Assembly: GCA_965198225.1 (NCBI GenBank)
Contig: CBDAOY010000003.1
Coordinates: forward strand, 64,001 to 128,000
DNA from: Terriglobia bacterium
GTDB taxonomy: Bacteria > Acidobacteriota > Terriglobia > 20CM-2-55-15
Direction: 5' to 3'
DNA: 64,000 bases
Of the stretch, positions 26,950 to 38,869 are shown in pieces (position 1 is the first letter of the stretch; every line of letters begins with the position of its first letter). A program made the position numbers and the translations under genes. The notes beneath the pieces were generated by a model. That model had not been told where the DNA came from. It saw nothing but the letters and a program-made list of their open reading frames with translations, and did no database searches.

Positions 26950-27429
26950 TCATTTGCGGGCCATCTCGGTGGTCCAGTCGACTTCGAGTCGCGCCTCCTG
27001 GATCACGTCCAGAGGAATCTCGATCAGGTTTCCTTCGCCGAGCTCCATCCAGACCTTGTTTCCCTGGAGACCCTTGAGTCGCCCCTTGAATACCTTCTGA
27101 TTGTCGAGTGAAAGCCGGGTCCGGATCTTGGCCAAGCGTCCCTCAAACCGCTTGTAGTCGTTGTTCCTGACCAGTTTGCGATCCAGACCGGGGGAGGAAA
27201 CTTCCAGCGTGTATGAAAATGGGATTAGATTTTCAACATCCAGGACTGTTCCAACCTGTTCGCTGATCAGTTCGCAATCGCGATGTGAGATCCCTCCGTC
27301 CCGATCGATAAAGACCCGAAGAACCCGATGGCGACCAGTCCCCCTGAGCTCGACCTCGACTGGCTCATAACCTTCCGATTCGACGACTTCTTCGACGACC
27401 TGACGGACCTTCTCCAGCTCAACTCCCAT
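26950..27429 (-). CDS. rimP: Ribosome maturation factor RimP
   Basis: LRVFIDR and YTLEVSSPGLDRKL. Confidence 0.97.
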   Translation of the reverse strand: MGVELEKVRQVVEEVVESEGYEPVEVELRGTGRHRVLRVFIDRDGGISHRDCELISEQVGTVLDVENLIPFSYTLEVSSPGLDRKLVRNNDYKRFEGRLAKIRTRLSLDNQKVFKGRLKGLQGNKVWMELGEGNLIEIPLDVIQEARLEVDWTTEMARK

Positions 27430-27441
27430 GCCAAACAACAA

Positions 27442-27465
27442 AAAAGTGGGCTAAAGCCCACTTTT
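27442..27465 (-). promoter_or_regulatory. rimP leader hairpin with U-tract (attenuator-like)
   Basis: AAAAGTGGGC-TAAA-GCCCACTTTT immediately upstream of rimP. Confidence 0.75.
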
Positions 27466-27479
27466 CCCTTCAGGAGTAG

Positions 27480-27508
27480 AGTATAGGTGCCAAAGGGAAT
27501 GAAATCAA
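27480..27508 (-). promoter_or_regulatory. Sigma-70 promoter of the rimP operon
   Basis: Minus strand TTGATT-17 nt-TATACT. Confidence 0.78.
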
Positions 27509-27613
27509 CCCGTTATTTAGCTTGCGACCCCTCCCAGCGGACGTCACATCATCGCAAAATCACTTGCGGAAACCGGGTTTTACACCCTTTCGGCCAGACA
27601 TTCGGAGGCGAAC

Positions 27614-28138
27614 TCACCCCGTCTGAAGGAACAGCTTTACGAGAAGGACCACAGTGGCGCCGGCGAAGCCGGCCAGGGCGTTGTGCTCTCGGTTGGCGAG
27701 ATACTGCTCGAGCGAAAACCCCTCGAAAACCCGCAGGTCCAGCCGTGCCGGGAAGAACAGGCGGACGCGGCTCTTGAACCGATCGAAATCCTGCCCGAAC
27801 AGATCTTCCAGGTGCCGTTCCTCCTTGCGCATCACCGCAGGGTAAATGATGACGAATGGTACCAGCAGGCTTGCGGCCGAAGCCAGGCTGCCGCTCATCA
27901 CAGCGAACCCTGTAGCCAACAAGAAACTCCCGAAATAGAGTGGGTTGCGGGTCATGCGGTACGGACCGGTCTGTGCCAGAGCCGCGTCCTTGTGGATGAC
28001 GCCCGCCGCAGCCGCCCGAAAGGCGAGCCCCAGCAGCGCGACGGGAAACCCGGCCAGCATGAATTGGGAGGTAGGCGTCGAGAAATAGAAAACGACTGCA
28101 GCCACCCCGAAACCCAGCGGGACCCGAAACGCGGCCAT
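27614..28138 (-). CDS. Isoprenylcysteine carboxylmethyltransferase / PEMT-family membrane protein
   Basis: LAQTGPYRMTRNPLYFGS and EERHLEDLFG. Confidence 0.88.
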   Translation of the reverse strand: MAAFRVPLGFGVAAVVFYFSTPTSQFMLAGFPVALLGLAFRAAAAGVIHKDAALAQTGPYRMTRNPLYFGSFLLATGFAVMSGSLASAASLLVPFVIIYPAVMRKEERHLEDLFGQDFDRFKSRVRLFFPARLDLRVFEGFSLEQYLANREHNALAGFAGATVVLLVKLFLQTG

Positions 28139-29226
28139 CAGGCCGTCGGGTCGGCTGTCCGCTCGGTATCGAACTCGAGCCGCCGGGTGCAGGCTTCATA
28201 GACACGATCGACGCTGATGTCGGTCAGGCAGCCGAGGTGCTCCAAGGGGCATGCATCCCTAGCGTAGCAGGGGCGACAGTCCATGCGCTGCTCGACGACG
28301 ATGTCCTCCCGGCGGAAGGGCCCGTTGCGATCGCTGCTGGTCGGTCCGAATATCGACACGATCGGGGTTCCGACCGCGGCGGCAAAGTGCATCGGTCCCG
28401 TGTCGCCGCCGACGAACAGACGCGCACGCTCGCAGAGAGCCACAAGTTCCTGGAGACTCGCCGGAATCATGCGGACTCGATCACCTGCAACGGCTTGAAC
28501 CGCGGACGCGATATCGTCCTCTCCCGGTCCCCACGTCACGGCCACGGTCAGGTCGTCGTCGAGAAGCCGCTTTGCCAATGCCCCGTAGCGTTTGGGATCC
28601 CAGCGCTTGGTCGGCCATCCGCCGCCGGGGTTGATCAAAACGTACCCGGTCAGGCCGTCGAGCGCCCGGGCGAGAGAATCGCGGGCCGTCGATGGCGCCG
28701 CGAGCGGTGCGGGGGTATCCCAGTCGGGATCGATGCCGAGCGGCTTCAACAGCTCCATCTGCTGGTCGATGATATGGATCCGCCGAGGCGTCACGACCTC
28801 CGTGTAGAAAAAGCGGCTCGTGGATTCTTTCAGGAAGTCGCGTTCCCACCCGATTCGAATCGGGGCGGCGGACAGATACCCGACAAAAGCCGACTTCAAC
28901 AGCCCCTGGAAATCGATCGTGCAGTCGTATCCGTCGGTGCGTAACGCCCAGACGAACTCGAGTATCTCCTTCGCGCTGCCGATACCGGGCGAGTACCGCC
29001 ACTGGTAGGTGTCGATGGGGACCAGTCGGACTCCCAGGCCGCTCATCTCGACGACAGACTTGTTCTTTCGCTCGATCAGCCAGTCGATTTCGGCATTCGG
29101 GAAATGATCCAGGAGCAGTCGGACGGACGGGAGACAATGCACGATATCACCGAGCGATCCGAACTTCACGACGAGGATCCGTTTCGGTTCCGCGGTCGGT
29201 TTCATCTGCGAGGAATTCCTGCTCAT
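28138..29226 (-). CDS. GT9 LPS heptosyltransferase (WaaC-like)
   Basis: ILVVKFGSLGDIVH, IDFQGLLKSA and GGDTGPMHFAAA. Confidence 0.9.
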   Translation of the reverse strand: MSRNSSQMKPTAEPKRILVVKFGSLGDIVHCLPSVRLLLDHFPNAEIDWLIERKNKSVVEMSGLGVRLVPIDTYQWRYSPGIGSAKEILEFVWALRTDGYDCTIDFQGLLKSAFVGYLSAAPIRIGWERDFLKESTSRFFYTEVVTPRRIHIIDQQMELLKPLGIDPDWDTPAPLAAPSTARDSLARALDGLTGYVLINPGGGWPTKRWDPKRYGALAKRLLDDDLTVAVTWGPGEDDIASAVQAVAGDRVRMIPASLQELVALCERARLFVGGDTGPMHFAAAVGTPIVSIFGPTSSDRNGPFRREDIVVEQRMDCRPCYARDACPLEHLGCLTDISVDRVYEACTRRLEFDTERTADPTA

Positions 29227-29236
29227 CGGTCCGTGT

Positions 29237-29695
29237 TCAACCGTATCGTTCCAGTATTGTACCCAGAATATCCTTGGTGGAGTGGTCTTTAGGGTCGCCG
29301 GCGATTCGGACTTCGCCTCCGTATCCGCGGACTTGATCCCCCTCGGGAACCGTAGCCTCGGTGTAATCGGTCCCCTTTGCGTGCACACTCGGTCGAAGTG
29401 CCTCGATTACCCTGGACACATCAGTCTCGTCGAAGACCACGACGTAGTCGACACATTCCAATGCCGAGACCAGCACCACGCGATCGTCCTCGTTCATGAT
29501 CGGGCGACCTTCCCCTTTAAGCCGCCGCACGGATCGGTCGCTGTTTACCGCCACGACGAGGGTGTCGCCTAGCTCGGCTGCGCCCTCCAGGTATCGGACA
29601 TGACCGGCATGGAGAATGTCGAAGCATCCATTCGCCAGCACCGTCCGATGCCCGCGGGTGATCGCCGACAGCTCCTCCAGCCCGCGTCGTTTCAT
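29237..29695 (-). CDS. rfaE2: ADP-heptose synthase adenylyltransferase domain (RfaE2/HldC)
   Basis: [27 protein letters not shown] and KGTDY. Confidence 0.92.
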   Translation of the reverse strand: MKRRGLEELSAITRGHRTVLANGCFDILHAGHVRYLEGAAELGDTLVVAVNSDRSVRRLKGEGRPIMNEDDRVVLVSALECVDYVVVFDETDVSRVIEALRPSVHAKGTDYTEATVPEGDQVRGYGGEVRIAGDPKDHSTKDILGTILERYG

Positions 29696-30669
29696 CAGGA
29701 TGCCCCAACGGCGGACCGTAGCTCTTCCAGGGTCACCGCACGCGTGCCGTGCTTCATGACGACGATCCCCCCGGCGTAGTTGGCCAGCCTCGCGGCGTCC
29801 CTGAACGACCCTCCCGCGGCCAGTGCGAGCGTGAAGGTCGCGATGACCGTGTCACCGGCGCCGGTGACGTCGGCGATCTCGTCGGTGCCGTAGATCGGGA
29901 TGTGGGTCGTCTTCCGCCTCCGCTCGAACAGCGCCATTCCATCCTTCCCGCGTGTGATGAGGATCGCGCCGTGCTTCAGGCGTCGCAGCAGCGTGCGGCC
30001 GGCCCATTCCAGCTTCTCGAGGTCGTTTCCGATCCGGATGCCCAGAGCCGCTTCGACCTCCGGCTCGTTCGGAGTCGCTGCGGTCATTCCTTTGTAATCA
30101 CCGATGACGAAGCGGGAGTCGAGGGTAACCGGCAGCCCGGACGCCGTGAGCGTCGACGCAAGCTCCGGTGTCACCGTCCCGTACCCGTAGTCGGACATCA
30201 GTACCGCGTCGGCCCGCTTCAACCGGCTTTCGAGCCTGCGCCGGATGGTTTGGGAGTGGCCACTGTTCGCGACAGCTCGGCCGGCGTCCAGACGCAGGAC
30301 CTGCTGGCGGTAAGAGTGGACCGCGCCGGCAAGGATTCGCGTTTTGGTCGGCGTTCGGTAGGAGCGAACCTTGCGGATACCGGTCGTGTCGATCCCCCGC
30401 GAGGAGAAATACTCGATCAGCTGAAGGCCTTCCGCGTCCTCGCCGACGATACCGACCGGCAAGGGATTGGCTCCCAGCGTGCGCAGGTTGTGAACGGCGT
30501 TGGCCCCTCCTCCGGGCACAAGTTGGGTTTCCCGGTGGGACAGGATCAAGACCGGGGCTTCGCGAGATACTCTTGAAATCTCACCGTAGACAAAGACATC
30601 CGCCACGAGGTCTGCGAGGACGACGACCCTGCGTCCTTCGAACTTGTCGATCAGCTTCTTCAGGTTCAT
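29695..30669 (-). CDS. rfaE1: Heptose-7-phosphate kinase (RfaE1/HldA, PfkB family)
   Basis: [20 protein letters not shown] and DVTGAGDTV. Confidence 0.92.
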   Translation of the reverse strand: MNLKKLIDKFEGRRVVVLADLVADVFVYGEISRVSREAPVLILSHRETQLVPGGGANAVHNLRTLGANPLPVGIVGEDAEGLQLIEYFSSRGIDTTGIRKVRSYRTPTKTRILAGAVHSYRQQVLRLDAGRAVANSGHSQTIRRRLESRLKRADAVLMSDYGYGTVTPELASTLTASGLPVTLDSRFVIGDYKGMTAATPNEPEVEAALGIRIGNDLEKLEWAGRTLLRRLKHGAILITRGKDGMALFERRRKTTHIPIYGTDEIADVTGAGDTVIATFTLALAAGGSFRDAARLANYAGGIVVMKHGTRAVTLEELRSAVGAS

Positions 30670-30675
30670 CCTGTC

Positions 30676-31239
30676 CTACCGGTTCTTCAGGATAAGGTCG
30701 ACTGCTTCGGCCAGGTCTTCGGCGACGAAATCCGGCTGCTCGTCGGCGGCCTTGAACTCTGCGTATTCCTGTCGGCCGTCACCGGTCAGCACAAGCACCG
30801 TGCCGGCTCCGGCGGCTTTGCCCGTCCGGACATCCAGGTAGCGGTCGCCCACCATGTAGGATCGACCGAGGTCGAGGCCGAGTTCATCCCGAGCTCGGAG
30901 CAGCATACCGGGACGGGGCTTTCGGCAATTGCAACCGGTTTCCGGGTGGTGCGGGCAGAAGTAGACACCATCGAGTCTCGCCTGCGAGAGGGCGATCTTC
31001 TCGCGCAGCCGATCATGAACGCGGTGGACCATCGACTCCTGGAAGTAGCCGCGCTCGATACCCGACTGGTTCGTAGCCAGGAGCACCTTCATCCCGCTCT
31101 GGTTGATCCGCCGGATCGCCTCGCCTGTCCAGGGAAAAACCCGGTAAAGCGAGACGTCGTACATGTAGCCCACTTCTTCCGACACGGTTCCGTCGCGGTC
31201 GAGGAAGATCGCTGACGCGCTGTGGTCGGTGCCGCTCAT
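30676..31239 (-). CDS. gmhB: D,D-heptose 1,7-bisphosphate phosphatase
   Basis: FLDRDGT, TNQSG, CPHHP..CNCRKP and MVGDR. Confidence 0.93.
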   Translation of the reverse strand: MSGTDHSASAIFLDRDGTVSEEVGYMYDVSLYRVFPWTGEAIRRINQSGMKVLLATNQSGIERGYFQESMVHRVHDRLREKIALSQARLDGVYFCPHHPETGCNCRKPRPGMLLRARDELGLDLGRSYMVGDRYLDVRTGKAAGAGTVLVLTGDGRQEYAEFKAADEQPDFVAEDLAEAVDLILKNR

Positions 31240-32255
31240 GCCGGGGTCCGGGCGACCAGGGCCATCGCCGACGAACAAACCTCTGACACCGTGACCGCGT
31301 CCATGCACCGATGATCGATGGGACACTCGCGGAGCATGCAGGGGCTGCAGTCGACGGCGTGCCGCACGACGCTCGTATTGGGGCCGACCGGACTGGTGAC
31401 CTCCGCGTCAGTAGACCCGAAAACCGCGACGGTCGGGGTTCCCAGCGCTGCGCCGATGTGCATCGGTCCCGAGTCGTTCGTGACCATTAATGACGCTTCA
31501 GCAAGAATGCCGACCAGGGTTTCCAGGCTCGTCAGTCCCGACAGGAGAGCGGCTCCGCTTTTCATCCGATCCCGAACGCGTTCTCCGATCGTCCGTTCCG
31601 ATTCCGATCCGATGATCGCCACCGAGAGATCCAACTCGTCCGCCAACCTGTCTGCCACCTCGGCGAAGCGATCCTCTCGCCAGCGCTTGGCTCCCCCGAA
31701 GGCAGCACCAGGGTTGACGACCAGAAAACTCCTGGCCGCCCCGATGCCCTCGAGTTCCAGCAGCCGCCGGGCGTCGGTCGTCTCGTCCGTCGAGGCTTTG
31801 ATCCGAAGCTCGGGTTCCGCACTCGGGCCAAAGGCCTCGGCAACCAGTCTCAGGTAGTAGCTACACTGGTGCTGCCTGGCCGGCGACGGCCGGACTGAGC
31901 GGGTCAGCAGCAGGCTGCGTCCGTCGGTTCGGTAGCCGACTCTTTCCGGTATGCCGCCCGCCCAGACCGTCAGGGCGGCTTCGAAGGAGTTTGGCAGCAG
32001 CACCGCCAGGTCGAAGCGCTTTCGACGGATTTCCCTCGCCGTCCGGATCCACTCCCCTATGCCTTTTGCTTTTGGCTTGCCCCACACGTTGTCGATGAAG
32101 GAGGCGGAACGAAACAATCCAGCCACCCACGGACGGACAAGCAGGGTGACCTCGGCGTCGGGAAAATGAGACCGGACTGCTTTGATGGCCGGCATGCTCA
32201 ACACGCAATCTCCGACCCAGTTCGGACCGCGGATCAGGATGTTGTCTGGGGTCAT
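31236..32255 (-). CDS. waaF: LPS heptosyltransferase II
   Basis: GPNWVGD, LPNSF, NPGAAFGGAKRW and NDSGPMH. Confidence 0.93.
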   Translation of the reverse strand: MTPDNILIRGPNWVGDCVLSMPAIKAVRSHFPDAEVTLLVRPWVAGLFRSASFIDNVWGKPKAKGIGEWIRTAREIRRKRFDLAVLLPNSFEAALTVWAGGIPERVGYRTDGRSLLLTRSVRPSPARQHQCSYYLRLVAEAFGPSAEPELRIKASTDETTDARRLLELEGIGAARSFLVVNPGAAFGGAKRWREDRFAEVADRLADELDLSVAIIGSESERTIGERVRDRMKSGAALLSGLTSLETLVGILAEASLMVTNDSGPMHIGAALGTPTVAVFGSTDAEVTSPVGPNTSVVRHAVDCSPCMLRECPIDHRCMDAVTVSEVCSSAMALVARTPA

Positions 32256-32330
32256 CTTTTACAAGAGTGGTCTGTGGCCAGAATCGCTCCCCAACTGACC
32301 ACTGACCACTGGCCACTCGTCAGGGACCGA

Positions 32331-33275
32331 TCAAACTCGGGATGGGCCGATTCGTTCTAGAATGAGTTCTCTAAGGTCATTTAAACGCAGTATGTTAGCA
32401 GAAATGCGGAGGAAGTAGAAATCGCCGGGCCCGAGGCGCACGGCGTCTTTCTCGGTCGTGATCCGGATGCCTTTGCCAAGATCCGCCAGATTTGTCGGCC
32501 GGTAGGCGTGATGGTCGGGAAAGGATTTCTTCTGCGCCAGTTCGATCCCCATCCCTTCGAGCATTTCGAAGAAGTCGTCCGGTCTGGCGATGCCGGCAAA
32601 AGCGACCACCGGTTTGGAGGGCAGCGACTCCACCGAGACTGGTTTCCCGTTGAGGAATAGTCCCTCGTTGAGGGTGTGGATTCTAAATGTCTGAATCGGC
32701 AATTCCGGCACCGGAACCCGATCGGAGGTGCGAACGCACGCGGCGTGGGCCCGTTCCAACGACGACTTCGGTTCCCGCCATCGGCCCGTGGGCAGCAGCT
32801 TTTCGCCATTCGCCCACTCTTCGGAGTCGATCGTGACGATGTCGACGTCGCGTGCCAGCCGGCGATGCTGAAATCCGTCGTCCAGGATGAAGAGGTTGCC
32901 GAGCCGCTCCCTCTCGGCCATGAGCCCGGCCTCGTAACGGTCTTTCCCGACGACGACGGCGACCCCCGGCAGACGCAGAGCGATCATGTACGGCTCGTCT
33001 CCCGACTCCTCCCATCCAAGCGTCGGACCCGCGCCCCGGCTGACTACTACAGTGCCGCGGCTGGATCGTCGGTATCCGCGCGAGAGCACAACGGGACGGT
33101 AGCCCCGGTCGCGAAACTCGGCCGCCAGCGCGATGACCAGAGGCGTCTTGCCGGTACCGCCGATCGTAAGGTTTCCCACGCTGATTACGGGGTGATCGAG
33201 ACGATGGGTCTTCAGGTAGCCGCGCGTGTAGAGGCTGGCCCGCGCGTTGACAATCGAGCGGAAAACGCGACTCAA
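32331..33275 (-). CDS. lpxK: Tetraacyldisaccharide 4'-kinase
   Basis: ISVGNLTIGGTGKTP, LSRGY, LDDGFQH and TTEKD. Confidence 0.97.
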   Translation of the reverse strand: MSRVFRSIVNARASLYTRGYLKTHRLDHPVISVGNLTIGGTGKTPLVIALAAEFRDRGYRPVVLSRGYRRSSRGTVVVSRGAGPTLGWEESGDEPYMIALRLPGVAVVVGKDRYEAGLMAERERLGNLFILDDGFQHRRLARDVDIVTIDSEEWANGEKLLPTGRWREPKSSLERAHAACVRTSDRVPVPELPIQTFRIHTLNEGLFLNGKPVSVESLPSKPVVAFAGIARPDDFFEMLEGMGIELAQKKSFPDHHAYRPTNLADLGKGIRITTEKDAVRLGPGDFYFLRISANILRLNDLRELILERIGPSRV

Positions 33276-34549
33276 ATCGCCTGTCCCTTCTCGAGGCCAC
33301 GACTCGTTTCTCGAAGACAGAGTCGAATTGCTTCAAGCGCTTTTTCGGTTGCACCGCTGTTTTCCTCTACCAGGCGCTTCCCGTTGCGTCCGAACTCCGC
33401 GGCGACCGATGGCGTGCTGAGGAGGCGCTCGAGCTCGACGACCAGTTCGTCCACATCCCGAACCTGAATCGCGGCCCTCGCGGCCAGAAACGTTCGTGCC
33501 ATGTCCCTGAAGTTTTCCATGTGAGGCCCGAACAGAACCGGTTTTTCGAATCGTGCCGGCTCCAGTACGTTGTGACCACCCCGGGGGACAAGCGTGCCCC
33601 CCATGAACACGAGCGTCGCGTATTTGAAGACGGCGGTCAGCTCGCCGATGGAATCAAGCAGGATGATGTCTTCCGACCCGTCCGCGAGCGCGATCTCCGA
33701 CCGTCGTCGAAAACGGAATTCGCTGGCGCTGAGCAGCAGTTCGACTTCGTCGAAACGCTGAGACAGACGTGGTGCGATCAGGAGCTTCAAGTTCGGATGC
33801 CCCGCACGCACCCTCCGGTAAGCTTTCAGGACGTGTTGCTCCTCGCCGACGGCTGTACTGGCCGCCACGAGGAGTAGCTGACAACTCTCGAGCGCTTCGC
33901 CCAGGGCCGGATCGAGGCCCGGCGCAGTGGCCGGCAGGTCATACTTGATGTTACCGAACACCACGACCTTCTGAGGATTGGCGCCAATCGACCGAATACG
34001 GACCGCGTCCATTTCCGACTGCATCCCCAGGATCCTGTAGTCTTCGAGTACCGTCTTGAGCCAGCGACGGCCCATCAGGTAGCGGGCGTACGATTTGTCC
34101 GAGATGCGGCCGTTGACCATCACCACCGGGACGCTGCGCCGGCGGCATTCCCTCAGGAAATTTGGCCATATTTCAGTCTCAGCGATGACGACGAGTTCTG
34201 GACGGACCCGCCCCAGACTGCGGCGCACCGCTGTAGGGATGTCGAGTGGAAAATAGACCAGGCGGTCGACATCGTCGCGCTGGTCGGCCAGCTGCCGGCC
34301 CGTGAGGGTCGTCGTCGAGAGGACAAGACGGCGGTCGGGCAGCTCCTGGCGCAGGCGCTCGATCAACCGGTCCACGGCTTTGACTTCTCCGACCGAAACG
34401 GCGTGGATCCAGATCGAGGGTTCACCCGCCCTCTCCACGAAGCCCAATCGCTCGGTGATGGTCAGCCCGTACCTCTTGAAACCGAGGAGGTAATAGGGCA
34501 GTGCCACCAGCAGACCCAGTGTGAAGACGAAGGTGTAGATCACGTACAT
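33272..34549 (-). CDS. waaA: Kdo transferase
   Basis: WIHAVSVGE, ETEIWPN and GGHNVLEPA. Confidence 0.97.
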   Translation of the reverse strand: MYVIYTFVFTLGLLVALPYYLLGFKRYGLTITERLGFVERAGEPSIWIHAVSVGEVKAVDRLIERLRQELPDRRLVLSTTTLTGRQLADQRDDVDRLVYFPLDIPTAVRRSLGRVRPELVVIAETEIWPNFLRECRRRSVPVVMVNGRISDKSYARYLMGRRWLKTVLEDYRILGMQSEMDAVRIRSIGANPQKVVVFGNIKYDLPATAPGLDPALGEALESCQLLLVAASTAVGEEQHVLKAYRRVRAGHPNLKLLIAPRLSQRFDEVELLLSASEFRFRRRSEIALADGSEDIILLDSIGELTAVFKYATLVFMGGTLVPRGGHNVLEPARFEKPVLFGPHMENFRDMARTFLAARAAIQVRDVDELVVELERLLSTPSVAAEFGRNGKRLVEENSGATEKALEAIRLCLRETSRGLEKGQAI

Positions 34550-34645
34550 GGGCTGATCAGCGCAGTATACTCGGCTCCACAGGGGTTGAACCCTCAGTTA
34601 TCATAGATAGTTTGTTTCACCGTGTTGACGCGAGCAATGAACTGA

Positions 34646-35671
<1,026 letters not shown>

Positions 35672-35769
35672 CGAGTGAACAGTGACGAGTGACAAGTAAG
35701 AACAAACCCTGATTCCTACTCGTCACTTGTCACTTTTTCGATACAGCCATTTTTGCACATACAAACACC

Positions 35770-36957
35770 GTGTCCAAGCTCTCCATCTCCGACCTGCAGC
35801 TCACAGGGAAGCGTGTCTTGATGCGCGTCGACTTCAACGTGCCTGTCGTCGAGGGGGCGATCACCGACGACACGCGAATCAAGGCGGCTCTGCCATCCAT
35901 CGAGCACGTCGGGAATCAGGGGGGGCGCTTGATCCTGGCGTCCCATGTCGGTCGTCCGAAGGGCAAGCCGGATTCTGCGCTGAGTCTCCAACCCGTCTCC
36001 GAACGGCTCGAGGAGCTCTGCGGGAAGCGAACCGGGTTCTCCAGCGACTCGGTCGGAGCCAAAGCCCTGGCGTTGGTCCACGGTCTGTCCGACGGCGACA
36101 TGCTCGTGCTGGAGAACCTCCGGTTCCACGCGGAAGAGGAAGCCAACGATCCTAAGTTCGCTTCCGAACTGGCTTCACTCTGTGACATCTACGTCAACGA
36201 CGCCTTCGGAACGGCGCACCGCACTCATGCTTCAACCGTCGGCATCGCCGATCACGTCTCACCCCGCGCAGCCGGCTTTCTCATGCAGAAGGAACTCGAA
36301 TCGCTCAGCCGGGCCTTGGCCGGGGCCGCCCAGCCTTACGTTGCGATCGTTGGTGGCGCGAAGATCTCGGGGAAGATCGAGTTGATCGAGAACTTCCTGA
36401 AGATCGCGGACGACATCCTGATCGGCGGCGCCATGGCGTATACGTTCTTCCGGGCCCTGCGGATCGCGACGGGCAACTCGCTGGTCGAGGAAAGCCGAGT
36501 CGACCTGGCAGGACGGCTGCTCGAGGCGGCCAGGAGGGAAGGAACGCGGATTCATCTTCCGGAGGACCATGTTGTTGCCCGCGACCTTGACGGGGCGGGA
36601 CTCCAGAACGTTTCGGTTGCGGAAACGGCGCGGGAGGAGATGGGATTGGACATCGGACCGGAGACCGCTCAGAAATACGCATCGATCATCGAGCGAGCGC
36701 GAACTATCGTGTGGAATGGGCCGATGGGGGTTTTCGAGAACCCGAGGTTTGCCCAAGGAACCCTCTCGATCGCCCGTGCAGTCGCGTTCGCTGATGCCTT
36801 TTCGATAGTCGGCGGCGGCGATTCCGCCGCCGCCGTGACCCAATCGGGAATGGCCGACCGCATCAGCCACATCTCCACGGGAGGTGGTGCGTGTCTGGAA
36901 TTCCTCTCCGGAAGGAAGTTGCCCGCAGTAGAAGTGCTGACGGAGGGAGGAGGCTGA
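35770..36957 (+). CDS. pgk: Phosphoglycerate kinase
   Basis: RVDFNVP, NDAFGTAHR, WNGPMGVFE and STGGGA. Confidence 0.99.
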   Translation: MSKLSISDLQLTGKRVLMRVDFNVPVVEGAITDDTRIKAALPSIEHVGNQGGRLILASHVGRPKGKPDSALSLQPVSERLEELCGKRTGFSSDSVGAKALALVHGLSDGDMLVLENLRFHAEEEANDPKFASELASLCDIYVNDAFGTAHRTHASTVGIADHVSPRAAGFLMQKELESLSRALAGAAQPYVAIVGGAKISGKIELIENFLKIADDILIGGAMAYTFFRALRIATGNSLVEESRVDLAGRLLEAARREGTRIHLPEDHVVARDLDGAGLQNVSVAETAREEMGLDIGPETAQKYASIIERARTIVWNGPMGVFENPRFAQGTLSIARAVAFADAFSIVGGGDSAAAVTQSGMADRISHISTGGGACLEFLSGRKLPAVEVLTEGGG

Positions 36958-36959
36958 GA

Positions 36960-37718
36960 ATGCGCAGACCGGTCATCGCCGGAAACTGGAAGATGTTCAA
37001 GACCGTGAGCGAGACGGAAGAGTTTTTCGACGTCCTGCTTCCCGCGATCGATGACGTCGATCATTGCGACGTCGTCGTCGCGCCCCCTTTTACCGCACTG
37101 GGCGCCGCGCTGGAGAAGGCCCGGGGCAGCCGCGTCGCGATATCGGCGCAGGACCTCCACTGGGAAGAGCAGGGAGCGTTCACTGGCGAGATTTCCGCAT
37201 CGATGCTCAGCGATGTCGGTTGCAGCCATGTCATCATCGGGCATTCAGAGCGCAGGCAGCACTTCGGCGAGACCGACGAAACGGTATCCTGGAAGATCCC
37301 GGCAGCGATCCGGGCGGGCCTCACAGCAATTGTCTGTGTCGGCGAGACGCTCGAGCAACGAGAGGGTGGGCTGGCGGAAGACATAGTGAAAACGCAACTT
37401 AGCGACGGACTCGCCCGATTGACTGAGAACGACCTTTCTCATATCATAGTTGCTTACGAGCCAGTCTGGGCGATCGGCACGGGACGTACCGCAACTCCCG
37501 ACATCGCCGAGCACATGCATGCGGCTATCCGTTCCTCCGCCTCGGAGATCTCCGGCGCGGGGTCTGCGGACGGTATCCGAATCCTCTACGGAGGCAGCGT
37601 GAAGCCCGGCAATATTGCCGATCTCATGGCTCAGGCCAATATCGACGGGGCTCTGGTGGGCGGAGCGAGTCTTGAATCGGACTCCTTTGCCTCGATCATC
37701 CGTTACAGGACGTCTTGA
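36960..37718 (+). CDS. tpiA: Triosephosphate isomerase
   Basis: AGNWKM, IGHSERR and AYEPVWAIGTG. Confidence 0.99.
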   Translation: MRRPVIAGNWKMFKTVSETEEFFDVLLPAIDDVDHCDVVVAPPFTALGAALEKARGSRVAISAQDLHWEEQGAFTGEISASMLSDVGCSHVIIGHSERRQHFGETDETVSWKIPAAIRAGLTAIVCVGETLEQREGGLAEDIVKTQLSDGLARLTENDLSHIIVAYEPVWAIGTGRTATPDIAEHMHAAIRSSASEISGAGSADGIRILYGGSVKPGNIADLMAQANIDGALVGGASLESDSFASIIRYRTS

Positions 37719-37749
37719 ACGGGTTTCCCGGACAGGACGCTATGTGCCC

Positions 37750-38133
37750 ATGATTACATTTCTGACGATCCTTCACGTTATCGTTTCGGTGTTTTTGATC
37801 CTGGTGGTGTTGCTCCAGCAGGGCAAGGGGCAGGACCTTGCCGGCGCGTTCGGCGGGGGAGGTTCCCAGGCGAATGTCGGCGCTCGGAGTGCCACGACCG
37901 TCCTGCACCGCCTGACCACTGTTGCGGCCGTCATGTTCATGGTCACGTCTCTGACCCTGACGATCATGATCTCCAGTCCGGGCAGCAGTTCCGTCATCAG
38001 CGAGGACGCGGTCGCCCCGATCGAGGTCCCGGTCCCGGCCGAGGCGGAACAACCGGAACCAGTTGCGCCCGACACAGAAACGCAACCTGACGATACGCCG
38101 GAGGATGGAGCGGCCCCAGACCCCGGGCCCTAG
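37750..38133 (+). CDS. secG: Preprotein translocase subunit SecG
   Basis: VLLQQGKGQDLAGAFGGG, two transmembrane helices, follows tpiA. Confidence 0.96.
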   Translation: MITFLTILHVIVSVFLILVVLLQQGKGQDLAGAFGGGGSQANVGARSATTVLHRLTTVAAVMFMVTSLTLTIMISSPGSSSVISEDAVAPIEVPVPAEAEQPEPVAPDTETQPDDTPEDGAAPDPGP

Positions 38134-38141
38134 ATCAGACA

Positions 38142-38223
38142 GCCGAAGTGGTGGAACTGGCAGACACGCCATCTTGAGGGGGTGGTGCCTTCGGGTGTGC
38201 GGGTTCGAATCCCGCCTTCGGCA
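38142..38223 (+). tRNA. tRNA-Leu (GAG); CCA not encoded
   Basis: Acceptor stem GCCGAAG/CTTCGGC-A, anticodon loop TTGAGGG, long variable arm, GGTTCGAATCC; typical position after secG. Confidence 0.96.
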
Positions 38224-38344
38224 TAATTTTTCGAGTTCAGGGTCGCACGTCCCGATAGTGTCCCCTCCCCTTCAATCGCTCACCGCATTTCGCAAGGCCC
38301 ACAAAGATTGAAACCGAAGTCCTCCTGAACCTACAATTCAACCT

Positions 38345-38728
38345 ATGATCGTTGAGGGCGTGAAGGTCGGGCTGACCCTCCTTGCCGTCGTGACGTTCCA
38401 GGCTTGCAACCTCTGGTGCGGCGCGATCGGCGTGGGTCGAACCGAGACCTCGACACCGGAGAGCGTTCCGAGTTGCCACCACGCTGAGGATTCTGATGCC
38501 CGGCAGCGTACCGGCGAAGAGGAACATCCATCCCCTTGCGAAGGCGGATCATGCCTGCGCGAACCGGTCTTCAAGGCCTGCAGCCTCCAATCGCAGATGG
38601 AAGTCGATCAGCTCCCTCCGAGCGTTGTCGTAGTGGTCGCTTCAAACCTGCGATGGTCCGCATCTTCACCGGTCGGGCCACAGCTCCCGGGCGTGCACTG
38701 CATACCGCCCCTTGTACTCCGAATCTGA
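38345..38728 (+). CDS. Cys/His-rich hypothetical protein upstream of the copper operon
   Basis: Hydrophobic N-terminus, CxxxC, SCHH, ends PPLVLRI. Confidence 0.55.
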   Translation: MIVEGVKVGLTLLAVVTFQACNLWCGAIGVGRTETSTPESVPSCHHAEDSDARQRTGEEEHPSPCEGGSCLREPVFKACSLQSQMEVDQLPPSVVVVVASNLRWSASSPVGPQLPGVHCIPPLVLRI

Positions 38729-38869
38729 TACCTCGGGATTGACGCGTCTTGTCCCCGCACGGGGACGAAACCGCAACCTCCAAAACTCCGGCGACCGTGG
38801 CGCGTGGGGAATCATCGTGGTTCAGCGTCGCTATCGAGAGAGCCGGCGGAAGGCAACCGAGGCCAAGAA